From: Ignisphaera sp. | Lineage (GTDB): Archaea > Thermoproteota > Thermoprotei_A > Sulfolobales > Ignisphaeraceae | Reading direction: 5' to 3' | DNA: 15,126 nt | NCBI GenBank assembly: GCA_038821645.1 | Contig: JAWBDT010000025.1 | Location: forward strand, 1-15,126 | In this document: in pieces, positions 9,332 through 15,126 of the stretch | Numbering within the stretch: the first letter of the stretch is position 1 | How the letters are laid out: each line of letters starts with the position of its first letter | Program-made: the position numbers and the translations under genes | Notes under the pieces: generated by a model | What the model saw: only the letters and a program-made list of their open reading frames with translations | Databases searched by the model: none | What the model was told of the DNA's origin: nothing

Positions 9332-9442
9332 CTCTTTCCACCACAAAAAACAGAATAGGGACAACTAGAGTAACAGTTATCTGGTATAGGTGGCTCTTCA
9401 CCATGCTCTAAGATCATTGCCACTCTATCTCTAGCCTCTAGA
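9328..9442 (-). pseudogene. csa1: Csa1 (Cas4-like) C-terminal fragment
   Basis: Manual translation 9441-9328: LEARDRVAMILEHGEEPPIPDNCYSSCPYSVFCGGKR*. It carries the three C-terminal Cys missing from the 14206-15051 ORF and has no upstream coding continuation of its own. Confidence 0.88.
9437..9442. repeat. TCTAGA, left junction repeat of the insertion
   Basis: Identical hexamer at 14216-14221; coincides exactly with both the csa1 break and the ATPase truncation. Confidence 0.8.
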
Positions 9443-10202
9443 GCATTTCGATGTTGGAAAAGCCTTGTTTGCATCATACAAAGAGGTCTTTGAATTTATA
9501 CAGGATCTAATTTCAATACCGCTGGGAGCTTCAATAGCTAGGGCTATTATGTCTGTTGTCAGCAGATTTGCTCAGAGAATTGGGTTGGAGGGCAAGTCCG
9601 TGGTTGTTGTTCTCGATGATGTGTATAGAGCTATAGGTTTGGATGAGGTGGATAGATATACAAAGTCTCTCTATGAATGGATTGGCTATCTACATGAAAG
9701 ATACAAGGCATCGAACGTAGCCATAGTTCTAACAACCTCTGAGGGCATGTCAAAGAGGATTCTATCCAAACACACATATGTATCCATATACATGATGTGG
9801 AACCTGCCTAAGAAAAGCTTTGAAGAGTTCGTCGAGCAGCTGAATCCACATATAGATGCCGAAGCCATTTGGATGCACACCGGAGGCAATCCACGGGCAA
9901 CCATAGACCTGGCAAGACATGGCTGGAGCATCGACAAGTGGCTTAGCAAAATCTACGAGGATAGAATCAGAAGAGCTGTACACATAATCGGAAGAGACAA
10001 AATCCTCCAACTTGCAGAAAATCCAGACTTTGATTGGGCAATAGCCGAGAAACTCGAAGAGCTAAACCTTATGATAGAACTTAGAAGAAGTTCCGCCATA
10101 AGCCAAATACCTAAGAAAGACCTTGACCTCGGCATAGGCGAGGAGTGGGCATGGCAAATACCGGCATACAGATATGCAATCACACGATTCGCAAAAAGCT
10201 AA
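9438..10202 (+). pseudogene. 5'-truncated archaeal AAA-type ATPase (crenarchaeal multicopy ATP-binding protein family)
   Basis: Has Walker B VVLDDV, TTSEG, TGGNPR and AWQIPAY but no Walker A. The frame is open upstream of TTG 9465 up to the TCTAGA junction (LEHFDVGKA-LFASYK). Confidence 0.8.
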
Positions 10203-10612
10203 ACACAGCATTGAACAAGCATTTATTAGAGGCTTTTAGCTTTGAAAGCCATGGCTATTGCTTAATACCATTGCAAAACCTCTTTTCAGAGATGCTGAAC
10301 CAGGGAAGGCATCGATGTATAAATTTTTAGATTAGACAATATGCTAAACACAATGTAGTTATGATTTTGGATGATACAACCGCTGAAAAGAATTTGGACA
10401 CCATTGCCAAGTGTCCTGTCAGAGAAGGTATGGGTAACAACATCAAAAGAGATATATTTAAACACAATATCAAAGGCTATTAGCAGATATGGTGCCATAG
10501 ATGCTGTATCCAGCAATGTCTCAATCTATGTAGTCAAACCTGGATTCAACGAAAAAGCGAAGAGGAGTTTCACAGCATATATTGAGATGTCCTCAACTCC
10601 ATAGAGATTGTG

Positions 10613-10652
10613 TGGCGGGCCCGGAGGATTCGAACCTCCGACCACCGACTTC
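10613..10652 (-). other. tRNA 3'-half remnant (att-like site; Arg- or Lys-type acceptor end)
   Basis: Reverse complement GAAGTCGGTGGTCGGAGGTTCGAATCCTCCGGGCCCGCCA: T-arm GGAGG-TTCGAAT-CCTCC, GGGCCC-G-CCA end. No 5' half or D-arm adjacent; the acceptor strand appears one C short. Confidence 0.85.
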
Positions 10653-10794
10653 AGTGGCTTTGCTTCTCTGCTTTTCGTATGTATTCGCTACATAGTTCTA
10701 GTATTCCCTTGTAGTCGTCTGATGAGATATCGTCTCCTACTCTAAGCTCTAGGAGGCTTCTACACTCTTCTTCGCCGAGCCTGAGCCTGGCCAT
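10651..10794 (-). CDS. Small hypothetical protein (47 aa, MARLRLGEEECR...)
   Basis: GGTGA RBS directly before ATG 10794; charged helical composition; stop abuts the tRNA remnant. Confidence 0.45.
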   Translation of the reverse strand: MARLRLGEEECRSLLELRVGDDISSDDYKGILELCSEYIRKAEKQSH

Positions 10795-10855
10795 GGGTTC
10801 ACCACTTACTTGTTTACTGTTGCTCACATAATTATGCCTTGCCGGCTCTTGGTTA

Positions 10856-11146
10856 GTGGGGAGCGCAGTGTCTCTTGTTGTGGAGAGTGATAGGAGCGTT
10901 GAAGCAGGGGTGAAGCAGAGGTACACAGTGTACGTAAAGCCATCGAAGAAGGTAGTCGTTACCAGACCGGGTTCAGAAGCAAGCGTATCATTACATGTAG
11001 AGTCGAACACCAGTCTAGAAGTCCACTTATTCGTCGAGGGACTAGAGCCGACCATAGCAACCTACACTCTTTCACCGCAGAGGGAATATATACCGTTCAC
11101 TTCGAGCCTGGAGCTCCTAGTGTCGCATAACGTTATAATAAACTAA
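10856..11146 (+). CDS. Hypothetical beta-rich protein, probably a gene remnant
   Basis: 96-aa ORF. In-frame upstream ATG 10793 encodes a hydrophobic leader (MGSPLTCLLLLT*LCLAGSWLV) broken by TAA at 10829-10831. Confidence 0.4.
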   Translation: MGSAVSLVVESDRSVEAGVKQRYTVYVKPSKKVVVTRPGSEASVSLHVESNTSLEVHLFVEGLEPTIATYTLSPQREYIPFTSSLELLVSHNVIIN

Positions 11147-11174
11147 TAATAAAAATAACTAGATATATGGTCTT

Positions 11175-11197
11175 GAAAATTGGGAAAAAATAGAAAA
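11175..11197 (-). terminator. T-rich archaeal terminator of the two-gene unit
   Basis: - strand TTTTCTATTTTTTCCCAATTTTC begins about 12 nt after the stop at 11210. Confidence 0.45.
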
Positions 11198-11209
11198 TGA
11201 GTTGGGATA

Positions 11210-12019
11210 TTAGCTGTTGCTAAAGCTTATTGTTACTGGGATATTCCAATGAACCGAGTAATCCCACTCCCACCAACACCAGAACAAGAAACAACTCTGG
11301 TACCAATGTCTGAATCCAGCAGCAGGGCCAAGTTCTATTGTATACGTTTGAGTGCCTGGATATGTTGGATATGTTTTGATATAAGCTACTGTAATTTCAA
11401 ATGTCCATGCAGCTCCTAGTTCTGCAGAACTTGGTGGAGGTTCGTTGCAGTGCCAGAACTCCCAATGGCTCTTGGGGTAAACGTCTGTTAGAGACCATGA
11501 TACACCATTTGCGCGCCATGATGTTGACTGAGTATAGCTCGCAGTGATGGCTGGCCCATTCTTAGATATTGAAGCTGATACGCTAAACGTTTCACTCCAA
11601 CTTTGTGCACAACTTGTTTGAGATGACTGCGGAATCAAGTTGTAAATGCCAAAGACACCATATTTATCATAGATATATGGGCCAACGCCTCCACCAGTAG
11701 CACTTTGACCTGCTTTTCCAGCAACAGTAAATCCATCATTATTGCTTGAGGGATTTACAGGATCGACAATATCTCTCAAATACACTGCATACCATTCATG
11801 ATATCCAGCCTGTGTATATCCAGCGAATTTATATACTTCATAGTAATAATATATGTTACCATAAGAACTACTTTGATAGCCATAACCAATCAATATCAAA
11901 TTCCAATTTTGTTGTGTCACACCAGCATTTACATCAGGCAAGCATAGTATTGCTAACAGGCCTAAAAGAGCTAGCAGAACCGACAGATGCGCTCTGCCTA
12001 TCGCCCTCATCATACTCAC
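11210..12019 (-). CDS. Secreted Tyr/Trp/Ser/Thr-rich protein, possible beta-pore-forming-toxin-like fold
   Basis: N-terminal signal peptide (basic residues, LSVLLALLGLLAILCL, VNA cleavage-like site); central alternating Ser/Thr hairpin SWSETFSVSASISKNGPAITASYTQSTSW; Trp-rich C-terminus. The CDS is well supported; the function is inference. Confidence 0.75.
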   Translation of the reverse strand: MSMMRAIGRAHLSVLLALLGLLAILCLPDVNAGVTQQNWNLILIGYGYQSSSYGNIYYYYEVYKFAGYTQAGYHEWYAVYLRDIVDPVNPSSNNDGFTVAGKAGQSATGGGVGPYIYDKYGVFGIYNLIPQSSQTSCAQSWSETFSVSASISKNGPAITASYTQSTSWRANGVSWSLTDVYPKSHWEFWHCNEPPPSSAELGAAWTFEITVAYIKTYPTYPGTQTYTIELGPAAGFRHWYQSCFLFWCWWEWDYSVHWNIPVTISFSNS

Positions 12020-12023
12020 CCCT

Positions 12024-12758
12024 TCACCTCCCAGGTACTAAATCATTTTCTGCTTTTACAACTAACATTAGGGTATTAAGCAATGCCTTTTGGATTGCAT
12101 CATCTATGTTGTTGAAGTCGTCGATATGCACTGTGCCTGTAAAATCGATTGGAACTAGCCGCCCATCTATGTTCCTATATGTCCTGCCTACAACGATTAA
12201 CAAATTCTGTGATATGGTTTCGGCTCTTCCATCTTTATACTGTTTTGTGATTGTAACTCTAGATTCGCTAATGTAGCTGAGTGGTGGGTCAAATAATTTA
12301 CTAATACTCTGAATTACTCTTGAATCATTTGCTACAAAAAGTATGTAGTTGCTGCCTCGTGCAAGTCCACGAAGAACATCGATGTTTCTAGCAGAAGAAT
12401 TTATCTCTTTCAACACCTCCTCGTCTAACAGATTCAATATGACTATAGACGGCTTCCAAAGTTCGCTACCAGCAAGCGTGGATACACTACCACATCTTGT
12501 TGTCGAAGCGTTAATGTTCTTATAAGTCAAGATTTTCTGCAGGTTTTTGTACAGCACACTGCTATTGTGTTCTACAACTATGAAGCTCCATTTATTAAGG
12601 AGTTGCAAATCAATACCAGCTTCAACGTCGCTTTTCGGGATTACACTATTTTCCTTGCTTACAATTGCAGATGAATATATCAAACCACCAATTATTGACA
12701 AGCCTATGACAATCAACACTATGCTAACCTTATTATTTAGCCTAATCATAGAGAACAA
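12024..12758 (-). CDS. Hypothetical protein with N-terminal membrane anchor
   Basis: 244 aa; single hydrophobic helix VSIVLIVIGLSIIGGLIY; GGGGTG RBS before TTG 12758; stop lies 4 nt before the next gene. Confidence 0.8.
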   Translation of the reverse strand: MFSMIRLNNKVSIVLIVIGLSIIGGLIYSSAIVSKENSVIPKSDVEAGIDLQLLNKWSFIVVEHNSSVLYKNLQKILTYKNINASTTRCGSVSTLAGSELWKPSIVILNLLDEEVLKEINSSARNIDVLRGLARGSNYILFVANDSRVIQSISKLFDPPLSYISESRVTITKQYKDGRAETISQNLLIVVGRTYRNIDGRLVPIDFTGTVHIDDFNNIDDAIQKALLNTLMLVVKAENDLVPGR

Positions 12759-13019
12759 CTTTACACCCCAAGTTATAAAGTTAAGATAAGAAAGTTAAAA
12801 AACTTTTATGACAGTATTTGTTTTCCCTCTATAGCAATGCTTTTTACTACAGGCCTTCGTATGCCTATTATATTTACTTCCCTCTCCACTCCTCATAGCC
12901 TACACCACTGGTTTCCACAGATTTGAATGTTGGAGTGTTGCTTGAAATGAATATTTATACGATATAGCTATGGGTGTGATGGTCTTGTGTTTTTCCGCTG
13001 AGAGAATAGCTCTCGGGGT

Positions 13020-14056
13020 TTACCGCTGGTACTTGAAGTAGGTGTTGTCGTTCTTCTTGTTCACGTGTTCTTCGGGCACAACGAGGTGTTTGGTAATTGC
13101 ACGTGCTTGTGCGGGGTTGTAGTTTACCTCTGCTACTAACTCTCCATAGATGGTTTCTAGCCTAAATCCCCCGGTGTTATCGGGGTAGACAGCTATATAT
13201 AGTATTAGTGGCGATCCCTAAGCTAGCCGTCCCATGGTTTTAAGTATGTAGTGTATTTTCCTCGCTTCTCTGTAACTGTCATGGAAGCACGCCTTTATTA
13301 GGCCGCCTACTGGCTGCACGTGTACGAACTCCTGCCTGAAGCCCATATCCCGAAGTATTTCCGCTAGCCTTTCGGAGCGGAAGTAGTGGTAGTTGGGTTT
13401 AGCCTTCTTCTCCCAGTAGATGAATATGTCGTCAATCCACAGTACCCATCTTCCATTCTCCCGCGTGCCTACGAGGGTGTGCTGTATTAGCCCCAGCGCT
13501 CTTCGTGTCTGACCCTGCTCTACTAGCCTTTCAGCAATGCGAAGCACCCTCTTGACAGCTAGTGGAATGGTCTTCTCCCTTGCGGTGCCTCTGCCTTCTG
13601 CTTCCGAATCCGTGGCAAGTGTCTCTAGCAATTGTTTGGCACCCTTCCGGCCGCTTCTAACCCGTTTAGCATCTATTAGCTCTAGGATTAGCTCCTCATC
13701 GTCTACAGCGGTGTAGTACCTGCCCTGCCTCTTCACGATTATTCCCTTGTTCGCCATCATCTCGATGAGGTCTCCGACCGTGCCGTTGCTCACCTCCCTG
13801 CGTTTGAAGAACTCGTAGATGGCCTTTATGTCGATGAAGCTCATTCCTCTATCTCGTAGAAAGCTGCTTAGGAGGAACCAGATGACGTACTGTATCCCAT
13901 TGATGAAAGTCTAAATATATTATAGTAGCTTAGCAGTATGTGCAGGTAATTCACTACCTCTACTGGGAGGCTATGCGGCATTATGACGAGCACTAGGTTT
14001 ATGGTGCCGAGAACCTCGTTGAACGTACTCCTAGCGATAACTTGGAATGGGTACAT
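13020..14056 (-). pseudogene. Decayed ~345-codon gene with a winged-helix-like segment (one frameshift, one nonsense codon)
   Basis: The frame of ORF 13218-13844 is open upstream to 13910 and overlaps ORF 13868-14056 (frameshift near 13905). After TAG 13218-13220 the same frame continues 65 sense codons (GSPLILYIAVYPDNTGG...NTYFKYQR) to TAA 13020-13022. Confidence 0.65.
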
Positions 14057-14080
14057 CCCTAGTTTGTTTTGTTTTCTAGG

Positions 14081-14099
14081 AACCCCCTATACGGGGGTT
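14081..14099. repeat. Inverted repeat AACCCCC-N5-GGGGGTT
   Basis: Perfect 7-bp arms; a second CGGGGGTT copy at 14115-14122; lies just upstream of the decayed gene. Confidence 0.6.
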
Positions 14100-14215
14100 A
14101 TGTTCCTCTCTTGCCGGGGGTTGATACGGCATAAGCATCAACAGCATAATAATTATCATCAACAACGGTATCAATAATGCTTGGTAATGTTTTAGAGCTA
14201 ATAACCTATAACCCT

Positions 14216-14221
14216 TCTAGA
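14216..14221. repeat. TCTAGA, right junction repeat of the insertion
   Basis: Csa1 similarity ends here (RAFLE, then GL*). Confidence 0.8.
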
Positions 14222-14907
14222 AAAGCTCTTCTAAGGTTATCATCAATTCTTACAATTCTCCAACTCAAAACAGGATTATCACCATCAACAATACCTATAT
14301 AGAGAGCTACAGCAAAATCAACTGGATGACCAATCCAACTCTCTATAGCTAGAGCATATCCAGCTAAAGCTATCTCCTTCCTCTCAAAAACCCTCTCGCT
14401 CACAGACGCAAGAGAAATATCAACAGGTAGAAAACCAACAAGAAGATCAGGTTTAACAAAATCAGATAAACCAATAGCTGCTCCAGGAATCATAGGCTCA
14501 ACAGATATAGGGACACCATCCTCATTAGAGTACATAGCTAGCGACAAAGCCTTCCTAAACAACTTCCTAAAGAAACTCCTATAACCTCTAAGCATTGGAT
14601 CAAAACCATGAAACATTTTCTCAAAACCTCTAACAATATCAACAACATCTCTATCCCTAAACCTAAAAGGATAGAGAAAAACATCATGAACAGCTCTACC
14701 AAAAACAAAAACACCTCCATCAACCCTAACCCTAACAACCCTCCTAAGCCAAACATCCCTCTTACTAGGACAAGGACTAGAAACATCAGAGATACTGGGC
14801 CTAGCCAAAAACCTAGAACCAACAACATCAAACCTCCAACCCCTAACATCAGCAACAACCTCACCACCAACAGACCTAACATAATCCCAAACCCACCTAG
14901 GAAACAC
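14216..14907 (-). pseudogene. csa1: Csa1 (type I-A Cas4-like), N-terminal ~230 codons, truncated by the insertion
   Basis: VRGWRF, PSISDV..CPSKRDVWLRRV, GRAVH, KPDLL, LAGYALAIES..PVDF, IDDNLRRAFLE motifs. Probable GTG start at 14907 with GGGTG RBS. Lacks the C-terminal Cys cluster, which is found at 9328-9441. Confidence 0.88.
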
Positions 14908-15022
14908 AACAACCACCCAAACAAAAACAACACAAAAAACCAGATAAACATAACCCCGAACACAAAACCACTCACACCCAACTACAAAAAACAAACAATA
15001 CAAAATCCAAAACAAAAACAAA
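14908..15022. other. Low-complexity A/C-rich tract upstream of csa1
   Basis: The + strand is almost only A and C (CAAAA/CCAAA-type runs) with no regular period. Confidence 0.6.
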
Positions 15023-15126
15023 CATCTATTCTTTGCAAGTAATACTTTCAATACTTACTCATTAGAACATATAAATTCAATTCTTTTCATTACATCATCA
15101 GAACAGTTAAATAAACTCAACTCTTA

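Larger units (their letters stand above)
9437..14221. mobile_element. 4779-bp insertion interrupting csa1, flanked by TCTAGA direct repeats; no integrase or transposase recognised
   Basis: Deleting from one TCTAGA copy to the other gives in-frame ...RRAF-LE-ARDRV... The content is unrelated to cas genes and includes a tRNA remnant and pseudogenes. Confidence 0.75.

Noticed and set aside
9332-9364. N-terminal extension MSLFCFLWWKE of Cas1 in the ORF track
   Set aside because: This DNA encodes the csa1 C-terminus in another frame; ATG 9331 with ATGA coupling is the better start.
10145-10604. Short ORFs 10145-10330, 10286-10516 and 10371-10604
   Set aside because: Mutually overlapping, no clear RBS or motif; may be decayed coding DNA but cannot be assigned.
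10616-10745. Possible SSV-type integrase fragment read antisense through the tRNA remnant (GFEPPTT...)
   Set aside because: The frame closes after about 40 codons and shows no tyrosine recombinase features.
1150-12789. Other antisense or overlapping ORFs (1150-1446, 2271-2462, 4306-4518, 4314-4652, 7250-7483, 9051-9368, 9686-9949, 9762-10010, 9953-10183, 11746-12276, 12547-12789)
   Set aside because: Lie within or across better-supported genes on the opposite strand and show no recognisable motifs.
12998-13016. Small hairpin GAGAG-AATAG-CTCTC just past the reconstructed pseudogene stop
   Set aside because: 5-7 bp stem without a T-tract on the relevant strand; could be chance.
9437-14221. 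Cas1-mediated or casposon-like origin of the insertion
   Set aside because: No terminal inverted repeats, PolB or casposase inside, and a 6-bp duplication is shorter than expected for Cas1-type integration.
14538-15042. Alternative-frame ORFs 14538-14981 (-) and 14608-15042 (+)
   Set aside because: Shadows of the compositionally skewed csa1 region (Leu/Gly- or Asn/Pro/Thr-rich).
14908-15051. Hydrophobic N-terminal extension of Csa1 (apparent membrane anchor)
   Set aside because: Product of stop-free G/T low-complexity DNA; Csa1 similarity and an RBS point to GTG 14907.
15045-15126. CTTTCAAT.../TTCAATTC... words resembling the start of crenarchaeal CRISPR repeats
   Set aside because: The copies are not identical, spacing (~30 nt) is too short for repeat plus spacer, and there is no conserved repeat end; no array can be called.

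Overview
Crenarchaeal (Desulfurococcales-like composition; taxon is inference) type I-A CRISPR-Cas locus with no CRISPR array visible in the window. A partial divergent csa3 (1-237, not in the ORF track) precedes a + strand interference operon csa5-cas7-cas5-cas8a-cas3'-cas3''-cas6 and a second, divergent CARF-wHTH (csa3-like) gene. These converge on a - strand adaptation operon csa1-cas1-cas2-cas4. The main structural result is that csa1 is split in two. Its N-terminal part (14907-14216) and its missing Cys-containing C-terminus (9442-9328, stop overlapping the cas1 ATG) are separated by a 4779-bp insertion bounded by a TCTAGA direct repeat, and removing the insertion restores an in-frame ~266-aa Csa1. 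The insertion is a mosaic. It holds a 5'-truncated archaeal ATPase cut at the junction, a tRNA 3'-half (att-like) remnant, small ORF fragments, a decayed wHTH-type gene, and an intact-looking two-gene unit: a membrane-anchored protein plus a secreted protein whose Ser/Thr hairpin resembles the stem of beta-pore-forming toxins.
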